Shown: positions 1 through 9,463 of the stretch, piece by piece
How the letters are laid out: every line of letters begins with the position of its first letter
How positions within the stretch are numbered: position 1 is the stretch's first letter
Assembly (NCBI GenBank): GCA_016931225.1
Contig: JAFGFE010000040.1
Location: forward strand, 67,149-131,148
Length of the DNA stretch: 64,000 bases
DNA from: Candidatus Zymogenaceae bacterium
GTDB lineage: Bacteria > Desulfobacterota > Zymogenia > Zymogenales > Zymogenaceae
Direction: 5' to 3'
Position numbers and translations under genes: made by a program
The notes under the pieces: generated by a model
The model's database searches: none
What the model saw: only the letters and a program-made list of their open reading frames with translations
Told to the model about the DNA's origin: nothing

Positions 1-1
1 T

Positions 2-610
2 GACGACGTAAAGAATGACTTCTATAGCGAAATAAAGACAATCAAACAGCTCCAAAATATCCGAGAAGGAGATTTACCCGGCATCAATGACGTTCCCGTC
101 ATGTTGGAAAGCACAGAACTGGCTCACTCTTCCGAAAAATGCCATTTCAAGAAAACACCGGGGCAACAATCTTCCTTGTATGGAACAATGGTGATTACCA
201 ACAGCAAAGTATATTTTATCGGCACAAAAAAAAGTTTTAAATTTACATTAAAGAGTGTTTTTAATCTCTCGTATGACGGCGAACATATTTTCATAGACCG
301 TCAAGGTACCGGCAGGGGACATTATCGAGTCAAAGAGCCGGAAATCACTTTTGAATTATTATTGTATCTTGTCAGAAAAAACAATTTCCTCGTTGCACAT
401 AAAAATGAACGAGAACGATCACGTCACATACCCCAGGATGTCAAAGTTGCCGTTTACCATCGTGATGGGGGACGATGTGTAATCTGCAATAGTGATGTAG
501 GTCTGGAATTCGACCACATAATCCCATTTTCAAAGGGCGGTGCGAATACCGCGGAAAACATCCAACTCTTATGCCATGTCTGCAATCTGAAGAAGGGCGC
601 TCATTTATAG
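2..610 (+). CDS. HNH endonuclease-domain protein, 5' end truncated by the window edge
   Basis: The frame is open from position 2 (DDVKND...). The C-terminal RHIPQDVK...RDGGRCVIC...EFDHIIPFSKGGANTAENIQLLCHVCNLKKG is a classic HNH/McrA-type motif. Visibly AT-rich. Confidence 0.9.
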   Translation, partial: DDVKNDFYSEIKTIKQLQNIREGDLPGINDVPVMLESTELAHSSEKCHFKKTPGQQSSLYGTMVITNSKVYFIGTKKSFKFTLKSVFNLSYDGEHIFIDRQGTGRGHYRVKEPEITFELLLYLVRKNNFLVAHKNERERSRHIPQDVKVAVYHRDGGRCVICNSDVGLEFDHIIPFSKGGANTAENIQLLCHVCNLKKGAHL

Positions 611-708
611 CTTAAGAAACTCTATAGTTTACAGATTAGCTCAATAATAACCCGCCGCGCCGCCAACCCCTTCCGGTTCATTGTGAATCGTTTGTACGAC
701 GGGCACCT

Positions 709-1359
709 CTACCAGATCCCCGGCACCAGCCGCTTTTTCTCCACCGCATAGGCTTCATACCCGTCCATCCGATACAGCGTCCGCTCTTCGATGAGTATTC
801 TGAGGATGATGGCCGGCGTCAGAAGAAAGAGGAAAAGGGCGAGTGTCACCAGGTTGAAAAAGAAGACTACAACCCCGATATTCGCGACGATCATCCCCAG
901 ATACGCCGGATGTCTCACGATCCGGTACGGTCCCGATTTCACGATCCGGTGATCCTCCACCTCTCTGACGATATGGGAATAGTATCTCCCCAGTTTCCGT
1001 ATCGCCCACTGGCGAAAGGAAACTCCCGATACAAATATCACCAGACCCAACGCATGCGGGAGGGTCAGCGACTCCGTAATGGGCGCATACAAGAGGGCCG
1101 AAAGAAACAGCACCGCCTGGCCGACGGCATATAAGAGGCACGTGCCGTAATCCCTCGTCCGATCGCCCTGGGTCGTCTCACGCTTCGACACCCCCATTTC
1201 CACCAGTATCCACGCGATATAGAGGATGGAAAAGAAGATATCGGCGTTCAGGGAGGCGACATGGAAGGATATCCCGCCAAGCCTGAGAATGCTTAAAAAC
1301 ACAATAAGTCCGATCAACACGATCGACATGACAAGAGGCATATAGTTCTTCATACTCAT
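709..1359 (-). CDS. Isoprenylcysteine carboxyl methyltransferase (ICMT/PEMT) family membrane protein
   Basis: Multiple TM segments; LGRYYS...HRIVKSGPYRIVRHPAYLG and RILIEERTL motifs. Confidence 0.88.
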   Translation of the reverse strand: MSMKNYMPLVMSIVLIGLIVFLSILRLGGISFHVASLNADIFFSILYIAWILVEMGVSKRETTQGDRTRDYGTCLLYAVGQAVLFLSALLYAPITESLTLPHALGLVIFVSGVSFRQWAIRKLGRYYSHIVREVEDHRIVKSGPYRIVRHPAYLGMIVANIGVVVFFFNLVTLALFLFLLTPAIILRILIEERTLYRMDGYEAYAVEKKRLVPGIW

Positions 1360-1495
1360 CCTTTGAGGGGTGTTTCATTTTAAAATACGGTTTTGCTATT
1401 GACGTATTCGAACGGATGCGTCAGTATAACCGGCTGAACATAAAACATCTTTCACTTCCGATGGACTTCATGATGACTCCGGCTCTGATCCCCGC

Positions 1496-4400
1496 TCAGG
1501 ACTTCCAAACGGAGTCCGTCGTGCCGCCTCGATCGAGGGATTCCCGCACCTTGGAGAGGAGTTTTTCGGCCAAGAAGGGCTTCCCGACAAACTCGACGCC
1601 GTCGTACTCCAGAAGCTTCATGTGCTGATCGCGATCACTGTACCCGCTGGCAAGCAGCACCCTGACACCCGGAGACAACTCCCTGATCTTATCCATGACC
1701 TCGTCCCCCTTCATCTCGGGCATGATGATATCCAGTATGACAAGATCGATGTCGATGTCCTCTCTCGTGAACAGTTCCAGGCCCTCCCGACCCGACGAAG
1801 CGGTATATACCTGATATCCCGCATCCTCCAGGATATTCTTAAGCAGCTTCAAGATTTTTTCTTCATCGTCGATTACCAATACTCTCTCTTTGCCCGTAAT
1901 CTTCGTCAATTCGGCTTTCTTTTTAAATTCCAGTTTGGCGTCCTCCGACACCGGCAGGTACACGTGTATCTCGGTACCCTCGCCCTCCGTGCTTGCGACG
2001 GTAATCTGTCCGCCGTGACCGGTCACGATGCCGTATACGACGCTCATACCCAGGCCGGTGCCCCCGACTTCCTTCCTCGTGCTGAAATAGGGTTCGAAAA
2101 TACGGCCCTTTGTGTATTCATCCATACCCTTCCCGGTATCCCGGACCATGATGTGGGCGTAGGTGTCCGGCTCCAGGTCCGCCGTTCCCGGGCGTTTCGA
2201 AGTAATCTCGACCTGTTCGGTTGTAATGGTCAGCTTCCCTCCTTCGGGCATGGCGTCCCGGGCATTGATCACCAGGTTCATAATCAACTGGCTGATCTGT
2301 GATTCATCCGCCTGTATGGGATTCAGGTCGTTGTCCGTCTTGAGCTCGATTTCAATGGATTTGTCGAAGGTCTTTGTGATCAGGTTGTACACCTCGATAA
2401 CCAACATGTTTATACTGACCACCCTCTTTTCGAGTCTCCCCTTTCTAGAAAACGCCAGCAGTTGACCCGTCAGGTCCGCCGCACGATACGACGACTCCTC
2501 GATCACCTCCAGGCCGTCGTAGAGGTCTCCGTCGGAAGTCACCTTGCTCTTGAGGAGTGATGCGTATCCGAGAATCGTGGTGAGGATGTTATTAAAGTCA
2601 TGGGCGATGCCTCCGGCCAGGGTGCCGATGGCCTCCAATTTCTGGGCATGCAGAAGCCGTTCTTCAAGCTTTTTTCGGTCACTGATGTCCTTTATAATGT
2701 TTTGATATGCGTACACATTTGCCATGTCGTCTTTCATAATCCGGGAGGTTATCAGACAATCTATCGGCGTCCCATCTTTTTTCTTCATGACCACATCGAA
2801 GTCCTTCAGCGTCTCCTTCGCATGAATCAGCTCCTGAAATCTCTTTCTGTCCTCCGGATTATAGTACAGCTCACTCAGGTCAAGGTTGAGCAGCTCCTCC
2901 CGGGTATATCCGAAAACCTCCTCACCGGCCGGATTGATATCAATAAATTTTCCGTTCACCGTCGTAATGGAAATAACGTCCATGGACGTCTCAAACAGAG
3001 AGCGGAACTTGCTTTCGCTTTCCAGCAGTGCCTGTTCCGCGATCTTTTCCTGGGTGATGTCGGGAAAGATGACCAATCCCGCCACGATTGCGCCCTTTCC
3101 ATCATAGATGGGCACGCCGTGAACCATTCCCCAGCGCTCGGTACCGTCCTTTCTAACCACCCGGATCTCCTCACCCGGAGTTGTGATCCCATTCAACGCC
3201 CGGGCCAGATGAAGCTCCGCAACCGGTATAACATTTCCCTGTTCATCATAGTCCGTCCAGGACCGGGCGAGATTGAAGATGTTTACGCCCGGCATGATGT
3301 CCGGCACATCATCCACTTTCAGAATTTTTCGGCATGCGTCGTTTGTGGCAAAGAGGGTGCCGTCTGTCTCGGCTATCATTATGGGAACCGGAGACTGATC
3401 GATGACCGAGCGAAGGAGCGTCTGCGCCCTGAGGAGATCTGCCTCCGCCTGTTTTCGCTCCGTAATATCAAGGGCCGTAAACGTCACGCCGCTCTCAATG
3501 TCACCGGGATCAAAAGGAGACGAGGTCAGCAGGACATCGATTGCCGTGCCGTCTTTCTTCACCAATCGGGTCTCCACCGATCCCTTGCCGAAGTTCGCTA
3601 TCTGATCGTATTTTTCCTTCCCAACATAATTAAATTCTTCATCGCTTTCATACACCATTCGGGCATTCCGCCCCAGAAGTTCCTCGGACGTGTACCCCAG
3701 CATATCGCAGAATTGCTCGTTGACCCATTGAATCACCCGATCCTTCACCAGTCCGATACCGACGGGAGAAACCTGGAGAATGCTCCTGAGCGTCGTCTCG
3801 CTTTTGGCGAGCTTTTCCTCCGCTTTTTTTCGATCGGTGATGTCCCGCGTCACCGACAGGACCCGTTCCCGCCCACCGATCATCGCCTTTTTGAGATCCA
3901 CCTCGACCCAGAGCGGATCCCCGGATTGGGTTTTGCCCCTCCATTCAAAGTGTTGCGGCCCCTCATCCCGCGCCCGGTGAATCCATTCCAGCGCCTCTTT
4001 GTCTGAATATGGATAATTGCCCGGGCTGAATCCACCCACACTCATTTGCAGGACTTCTTCCCGGGTAAATCCGATGAGATCGCATGTTGCGCGGTTCACA
4101 TCAAATATTTCCCCGGTATCGGCGTCATGGATGAACATGGCGTCGTTACCCGCGTTGAATATCTCCCGGTAGTTCCGTTCCGACGCACGAAGCTCCTCAT
4201 CGGCCAGCACTCTTTCGGTAATGTCGTTCCCGAACCAGACAACCCGAGAGATCTCTCCTTCCTCTTTGAGTGGATAGATATGATTGTGTATCCAGCGAAT
4301 CCCGCCGTCACGCCGCACAATGCGATATTCCAATTCAAATTCTTCGTCGATGTGTTCCACAAATATCCGGCCGACCCGCTCACGATCTTCCTCGTGAATC

Positions 4401-5320
4401 ATCTCAAACCAAATCGTGACGTCATTATACAACTCCTCCGCCGAAACACCGTATATGTGCTCAAATGCATCGCTGATATATAAGATCTTCTGAATCGGGG
4501 AAGAATACATCCCGAAAATCACCGGAATGACCCTGGCCATTGTATGGAAGCGTTCCTCGCTTTTATGAAGTTCCCGCTCGGCAAGCCGCATATCGGTAAT
4601 GTCCCGGGCAACGGCGAAGATGAGCTGTTCGTCGGGCAACGGATAGGAATTCCATGAAATCCACCGCCATCCACCGTCCTTTACGGTATACCGGTTCTGA
4701 AAGTCTTTGATAACATCACCTTTTTGAAGGGCCTGACCGACGCGAATCGTTTTGTCCTGGTCATCCGGATAAACAAAGGAAAGCCAGGGTCTGGACAGCA
4801 ATTCCTCTTCGGTCCATCCCAACTGCCGGGAAAAGGCGGGATTCACCTGTTTGAAATACCCGTCGAAACCGGCGATGCAGAGCATATCCACTGAATGATT
4901 AAAAAGAAGCTCCCGCTCTTTTTCCACCCTTCGTTTCTCGGTAATGTCCTCTCCGGAGCTGAGGGTGCCGATAACGGCGCCGAAGGAATCTCTGAGTATC
5001 TTGTTGTGCCAGGATATGAGACGCTGTTCACCGTTTTTGGTGACCACCATGCTTTCGAATTGCTTCTTGAAATCCGACGATCCCGAGACGATCTCCTCAA
5101 AAACAGTTCGGACTTCGTTCCTTTCCCGGTCCGTCAGGCAGGTTGTAAACCAGTCCCTTCCAATGAGGTCCTCCTGGTCCCACTCCAGGATGTATGCCCC
5201 CTTGCGGTTTATCAGGACCACCTTCCCGTCCCTGTCCAGAACCACGATCATCACCTCGGCAATATCAAGGTACTGCTTGGCCATTCCCGGTTCAAGGAGG
5301 ATGCTGATTTCTTTGTTCAT
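1496..5320 (-). CDS. Cytoplasmic multi-PAS hybrid sensor histidine kinase/response regulator
   Basis: About 7 PAS/PAC repeats ending in DIT; H-box LAGGIAHDFNNIL; NLVINARDAM; DTGKGM; GTGLG; C-terminal REC domain (VLVIDDE, LDIIMP, KPF). Confidence 0.95.
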   Translation of the reverse strand: MNKEISILLEPGMAKQYLDIAEVMIVVLDRDGKVVLINRKGAYILEWDQEDLIGRDWFTTCLTDRERNEVRTVFEEIVSGSSDFKKQFESMVVTKNGEQRLISWHNKILRDSFGAVIGTLSSGEDITEKRRVEKERELLFNHSVDMLCIAGFDGYFKQVNPAFSRQLGWTEEELLSRPWLSFVYPDDQDKTIRVGQALQKGDVIKDFQNRYTVKDGGWRWISWNSYPLPDEQLIFAVARDITDMRLAERELHKSEERFHTMARVIPVIFGMYSSPIQKILYISDAFEHIYGVSAEELYNDVTIWFEMIHEEDRERVGRIFVEHIDEEFELEYRIVRRDGGIRWIHNHIYPLKEEGEISRVVWFGNDITERVLADEELRASERNYREIFNAGNDAMFIHDADTGEIFDVNRATCDLIGFTREEVLQMSVGGFSPGNYPYSDKEALEWIHRARDEGPQHFEWRGKTQSGDPLWVEVDLKKAMIGGRERVLSVTRDITDRKKAEEKLAKSETTLRSILQVSPVGIGLVKDRVIQWVNEQFCDMLGYTSEELLGRNARMVYESDEEFNYVGKEKYDQIANFGKGSVETRLVKKDGTAIDVLLTSSPFDPGDIESGVTFTALDITERKQAEADLLRAQTLLRSVIDQSPVPIMIAETDGTLFATNDACRKILKVDDVPDIMPGVNIFNLARSWTDYDEQGNVIPVAELHLARALNGITTPGEEIRVVRKDGTERWGMVHGVPIYDGKGAIVAGLVIFPDITQEKIAEQALLESESKFRSLFETSMDVISITTVNGKFIDINPAGEEVFGYTREELLNLDLSELYYNPEDRKRFQELIHAKETLKDFDVVMKKKDGTPIDCLITSRIMKDDMANVYAYQNIIKDISDRKKLEERLLHAQKLEAIGTLAGGIAHDFNNILTTILGYASLLKSKVTSDGDLYDGLEVIEESSYRAADLTGQLLAFSRKGRLEKRVVSINMLVIEVYNLITKTFDKSIEIELKTDNDLNPIQADESQISQLIMNLVINARDAMPEGGKLTITTEQVEITSKRPGTADLEPDTYAHIMVRDTGKGMDEYTKGRIFEPYFSTRKEVGGTGLGMSVVYGIVTGHGGQITVASTEGEGTEIHVYLPVSEDAKLEFKKKAELTKITGKERVLVIDDEEKILKLLKNILEDAGYQVYTASSGREGLELFTREDIDIDLVILDIIMPEMKGDEVMDKIRELSPGVRVLLASGYSDRDQHMKLLEYDGVEFVGKPFLAEKLLSKVRESLDRGGTTDSVWKS

Positions 5321-5780
5321 AATATTCTTATTGATTCATTATCATACAATATAATATTTACAGGGGCATCAGTTGGAATTTGGAAAACTTACCTTCACAC
5401 GGAATATGTCATAACATTAATTATACGAATTTTCACACGATTTTTCCACTCTTTGTCATAGTTCTCAGGAAATCTCTCCAATGACCTAAAACAGTGTGCG
5501 TACCACCCCTTCGGCTCCTCCCCACCTACAACCACCGAATGAGGACGTACCAGAGAAGTTTTCCTTTCTGAGGGTACCCCGCACAGACTACACGGAGAAG
5601 ATGTTTGTTTAGGATGATAACAAAACGGCTTTATCGCGGCGAATGCTCGATTGCATACTATGCACGGAGATAATCCGACCAACGTGATGGGTATTCACGT
5701 ATGGCATGACCGTACAGGCATCGGAATATACGCCTCTCCGCACCGCACACCGGGAAACCGAAAGGAAATAACCGGCCGTA

Positions 5781-7136
5781 TTAAAAAAACCAGTCCCCTT
5801 CGGCGTGGGAAAGGGAGGGGTTGTCTCCGTCGGACAGCCAGAAGGTGCTCACTCCGGACGTACCGGCAGAGCTGCTCCAGGAGATCGTGGTGATAATTGT
5901 ATCCTCCGTCTGATCAATACTCACAAATGACCAGGTAATCCTCAAAAAATCGGCGGTTTCAAAGTATTCCCGCACCATATCTATAAGACCATACCGACTG
6001 CCGCCGATGCCGCTGTAGGAAAAATCGATCAGACCCGAAAGAGCCGTCGTATCACCCTCCTCCACGGCGTCTATGAAGTCCTCCAGAAACGATCGGGCGA
6101 TCCTCGAGACGTCTCTCCTTTCAATCGGAGGCCCCGGCTCCCCTTCGAAGGAAGAGTTCGGGCGCTTTTCGCTCCCCCGAAAGGTCTCGGTGCCCTCTCT
6201 CTCCCCCCCGGTGGGGATATCGGGCATATCTCCCGGAGATCCCAGGGCGATCGGCCCAGGCGAGAAGGATTCCCCGCCCTCGAACACCAGTTCCGCGGTC
6301 CAGGATCCCTCCTCGCCTTCGACGGGAATCGTCCCCCCTTCACCTGTGAAAATCGAAACGCCGCTTCCGGCGGTCCTTCCGGAAAGAATAACCCGACCAT
6401 CATCCCCAATGACGATCCGATCGATAACCGCATCGATCGACGCATCCATCGGGCGCACGGCGACCGTCAGCACAATCGAATCTTCCCCTGAATCCGGGGA
6501 CGCCTCCCGGGAGAACGATACGTTCCCCGCGGTGTCCGCCCCAAACGTCATCTCGATGGTACCGGGATGCTCCACCGACACCGTCATGATCCCGTCCCCT
6601 CCGCTCCAATCGACGCCGACGGCTTCGGTCTCCGGGACGTACTCCACCGCCGCGGAGAAGGCGCGCCCGTCGCCTTTAGATGCGAGGCGGAGGCCGGGCG
6701 CCGCGAGGGTGATCTCGCTTTCGTACCGGTCGGATGCGGGAGCGGTTATGTCCACCCTCCCCTGGGTAAGAATCACCGCCGTCACCGCCGTTTCCTCCCC
6801 GTCCCGGGTCACCACAGAAAGCTCCTCTATCTCCACCCCGCTCATGGGAGACAGAGTGATGAGGGTGTCGTCCTTGCACTTCAGGGAAACCTCACCGTCC
6901 GGCCCGGTGAATACGCGGTCGGCGTCCCGCACCCTCTCCATGCGAAAGAGCTCTCTCCAGATATTCTCTCCAGCATAGTTCACCTTGACAGAGCCGGAAA
7001 GCTCCACGGCTCGGGCCGGAACGGACCGGGATTCCTCTCCCAAGGAGGAAAAACCGGCGACGAAACACACCATAACAAAAAGCGCCGCCCCCACGGTCGT
7101 CTTTAAAAATCTCCGCGTCGTTATGATACGTATCAT
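5781..7136 (-). CDS. Exported FecR-domain protein with C-terminal NTF2/SnoaL-like domain (paralog C)
   Basis: Signal peptide; FecR-like LSGSVKV...DRVFTGPDGEVSL...DDTLITLSPMS...LTQGRV; C-terminal FIDAVEEGD...WFF. The start follows the barrel gene stop within 2 nt. Confidence 0.75.
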   Translation of the reverse strand: MIRIITTRRFLKTTVGAALFVMVCFVAGFSSLGEESRSVPARAVELSGSVKVNYAGENIWRELFRMERVRDADRVFTGPDGEVSLKCKDDTLITLSPMSGVEIEELSVVTRDGEETAVTAVILTQGRVDITAPASDRYESEITLAAPGLRLASKGDGRAFSAAVEYVPETEAVGVDWSGGDGIMTVSVEHPGTIEMTFGADTAGNVSFSREASPDSGEDSIVLTVAVRPMDASIDAVIDRIVIGDDGRVILSGRTAGSGVSIFTGEGGTIPVEGEEGSWTAELVFEGGESFSPGPIALGSPGDMPDIPTGGEREGTETFRGSEKRPNSSFEGEPGPPIERRDVSRIARSFLEDFIDAVEEGDTTALSGLIDFSYSGIGGSRYGLIDMVREYFETADFLRITWSFVSIDQTEDTIITTISWSSSAGTSGVSTFWLSDGDNPSLSHAEGDWFF

Positions 7137-7138
7137 GT

Positions 7139-8794
7139 TCAAAACTCCATATTAATTGACATTCTCCCGATCCTCTCACCGTATCGATCCGAGCCGTCGC
7201 TGGCCCGATCGTGGGTCGCCTCGTATTCCAGGGCGATCCATGCCGTCAGACCGTCTTTCTTTACCAGCACCTGGCTAAGCATCAGGAACAGCTCCCCCCG
7301 CCGGACGTTCGCCCGCTCCCGGCGATCCTCCACACACCCGGAACAGGTAACCAGGAGCGTTGTGTCGTACGGGGAAAACCTGCGGCAGACCACCTCTCCC
7401 CAAACATCCGCACCCAGCTTAAAATCGGTCGTCGGATACGGGCCTCCCTGAATTTCGTATCCCGCACTCATTGCACACCCGATCCGATAATCAAAACCGA
7501 AGGCCGTGTGGTGATGGCTCCATGAGCATTCCACGGCGTGGTTCTCCCGATCGACGCCGTCGGTGATGTGATTTGAGATGTGTTCATATACATATTCGAT
7601 CCCGTACTCGGTGTGCTCCCGGTCGCAGTCGGCGCCGAGGGTCAGGCGGAAGGTCTCCTCATCGACGCTCTTCGGGTCGTCAGTGGCGCGCGCGTCGAGA
7701 TAGTACACACCCGCCGTGAAAACCGGACCGGGACGCCCGCCGCCTGTACCGATCCGGGGCAGGTATTCCACCACCCATTCTGTTTCGATATGATGGGTGG
7801 AAAAGGATACCGGGGACGCCCCGGTCAGCCCGTCGCGATAAAAGCGCCAGTACCCCATGCAGCGCCACCGATCATTCGGTCGATAGTCGAAGCCCGCCGC
7901 CGCCGTCTCCCGATCGACGGCGTGCGTGCCCATCACCGCACGAAAACCCGGCTCCACATATTCATAGGCGAAAAGAAGTGAGAGATCGTCTTGAACCGGC
8001 TCCAGGGAGAGGGCCGCCCAGACGGCCGTATCCCTAACCGTCTCCAAGCGGGGGTTTCGCATGTCGTTATGATACAAGCTCATCGCCCCCTCTCCGGCCA
8101 GCACAACCCGATCGTCACAGAAAGAAAACCTCCCATCGATGGAGAAGACATCGTTTCGATACGCGGTTTCCGTTGAATCATAAAAGAGCTTGGTGATCTC
8201 CGCGTGCACGTACGACGCAGCAAGCGTCGCCCAGGGTCCGGGGGCGGCCACCAGCCGTGCTCCACCGAAGGCCCGCTCATACCTGACCAGGCGGCCGTCC
8301 CGATTGACACCCCCCAACAGGATCAGCTCCAGGCCGGAAGGATGAACGTACTTCCCCCGAACGCCGAAGAAGCCGCGATTGAAGGTGTAATTGGTGAACG
8401 ATGCGGCGGTATCCCCCAGCTCCAGGGACCACCCCTCGCCGGAAACGGAGACGGTGCCCGCGAGCAGGCGGACGTGCTCATCGCCGATCATGAGGGTTCT
8501 GTCGTCGGTGTGACGGACATCGATAAACCCGGAAACCTCAATACCGCCGCCCGTGGCATGGGAAAGACTCAGGCTCAGGCGCTCGGCATACAGGACGTTC
8601 CACTTCCGGTCGTCGTCCACATCGATTGAGGTGACCGCACGATTTCCGTACATCCGCTGGGCGTACATCTCCGCACGATATACGGCGTCTATCCCCCCGC
8701 CGTCCCAGTCCACGGCGTACGCGTGCCCGGAGGCGACAACAAGGAACACCCCCAACATCACGATGTAAATATATATAGTATACGATCGGCTCAT
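7139..8794 (-). CDS. Putative outer-membrane beta-barrel protein (copy 2)
   Basis: Signal peptide ending AYA; alternating hydrophobic/aromatic strands; LELGD..F and EYVEPGF motifs; terminal Phe (SINMEF); paralog of 11858..13528. Confidence 0.7.
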   Translation of the reverse strand: MSRSYTIYIYIVMLGVFLVVASGHAYAVDWDGGGIDAVYRAEMYAQRMYGNRAVTSIDVDDDRKWNVLYAERLSLSLSHATGGGIEVSGFIDVRHTDDRTLMIGDEHVRLLAGTVSVSGEGWSLELGDTAASFTNYTFNRGFFGVRGKYVHPSGLELILLGGVNRDGRLVRYERAFGGARLVAAPGPWATLAASYVHAEITKLFYDSTETAYRNDVFSIDGRFSFCDDRVVLAGEGAMSLYHNDMRNPRLETVRDTAVWAALSLEPVQDDLSLLFAYEYVEPGFRAVMGTHAVDRETAAAGFDYRPNDRWRCMGYWRFYRDGLTGASPVSFSTHHIETEWVVEYLPRIGTGGGRPGPVFTAGVYYLDARATDDPKSVDEETFRLTLGADCDREHTEYGIEYVYEHISNHITDGVDRENHAVECSWSHHHTAFGFDYRIGCAMSAGYEIQGGPYPTTDFKLGADVWGEVVCRRFSPYDTTLLVTCSGCVEDRRERANVRRGELFLMLSQVLVKKDGLTAWIALEYEATHDRASDGSDRYGERIGRMSINMEF

Positions 8795-8828
8795 TGTCCC
8801 ACTGCATCACCCATGAGAGCAGGGCTTC

Positions 8829-8858
8829 ATTATGGAGAGAAGGAGCCGATCTTGTCAA
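8829..8858 (-). promoter_or_regulatory. Sigma-70-type promoter of barrel copy 2
   Basis: TTGACA-N18-CATAAT on the minus strand, at the same relative position as the copy-1 promoter. Confidence 0.6.
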
Positions 8859-9008
8859 CCGGAAAGTGGGCGGTCGCGATCGATGGAAACGACGGCCTCG
8901 CCTTACCTCTCCCGGACGATTGAGCGGTCGGATTATGGTTTTATACAGTTTTTAATTTGTCTCCGATTCATGCGGGAGACCGCCGGGTGATCCACGATGC
9001 GGAATAAC

Positions 9009-9095
9009 TTCGAGGTGAAGATCGATGAGGACGCCGTTGGAGACATTTTGGTACCCCGGGTGGAGTTCCAGGACTCAGGCGATACACTCGCGGTG
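9009..9095 (+). pseudogene. Inverted ~87-bp fragment homologous to the FecR paralogs
   Basis: FEVKIDEDAVGDILVPRVEFQDSGDTLAV aligns without gaps to VEVRIEGEAEEHVTFSLEESSYTFDTLKI (paralog B; shared gatacactc) and to IEMTFGADTAGNVSFSREASPDSG (paralog C). Confidence 0.6.
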
Positions 9096-9097
9096 GG

Positions 9098-9220
9098 GGA
9101 AAACCCGGAGGACCGAACCGTTTTCCTCTTTGCGTGATGAAAAAGACCTGGGGAGCCAAACCGTCCCCCGAATCGCTTCATAAAAAAGATCCGGACGCTG
9201 AACCATCCCCCGGATCACGA
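9098..9220 (-). repeat. Three tandem degenerate copies (~43-44 bp period) of the M20-gene terminator
   Basis: aaaacccggaggaccgaaccg / aaaagacctggggagccaaaccgtcccccg / aaaagatccggacgctgaaccatcccccgg versus aaaacccgggggaccataccgtcccccggg at 13741-13770. Confidence 0.7.
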
Positions 9221-9242
9221 GACGCGATATCGGAAGCGAATG

Positions 9243-9400
9243 CTATAAATAGATGGAGTGCGCCGCCATCTTCGTCATGCCCGGCAGTGTCTCGATAGAC
9301 ACATCCTCACATGCGGCATAGGCGGGGACTCTCGCCGCCCTGACCACGCCGAACCCGGCCACGTCGATCGTGTTGTCGAAGCGAACCGACACGGAACCGC
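9243..9400 (-). pseudogene. Displaced 3'-end remnant of the M20 peptidase gene
   Basis: Ungapped match of 9252-9381 to 13811-13940 (101/130 nt by hand count); IDVAGFGVVRAA versus IDVAGFGVIRAA; stop codon at the same offset. Confidence 0.9.
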
Positions 9401-9463
9401 CAAGGTTAGAGGTTAGTGACGCCGCCTCAAGAGATCACACCGAGACGGAAACCACACGCCGCA

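Noticed and set aside
1622-4483. Long plus-strand ORFs (226, 468 and 145 aa) opposite the PAS kinase, and similar antisense ORFs throughout the window
   Set aside because: Shadow frames caused by GC-rich codon bias; no motifs, and they fully overlap well-supported genes.
5502-5555. Possible further relic of the FecR 3' end (ccccttcggc ... ggacgtacc)
   Set aside because: Only two 9-10 nt colinear matches with different spacing; cannot be separated from chance by eye.
7100-7136. Tat signal in the FecR paralogs (TRRFLK)
   Set aside because: The spacing is not RRxFLK and the paralogs have KKRFLK and KQRFRK; more likely Sec signal peptides.
9098-9220. Mini-CRISPR array
   Set aside because: The units are degenerate terminator copies without unique spacers, and no cas genes are present.
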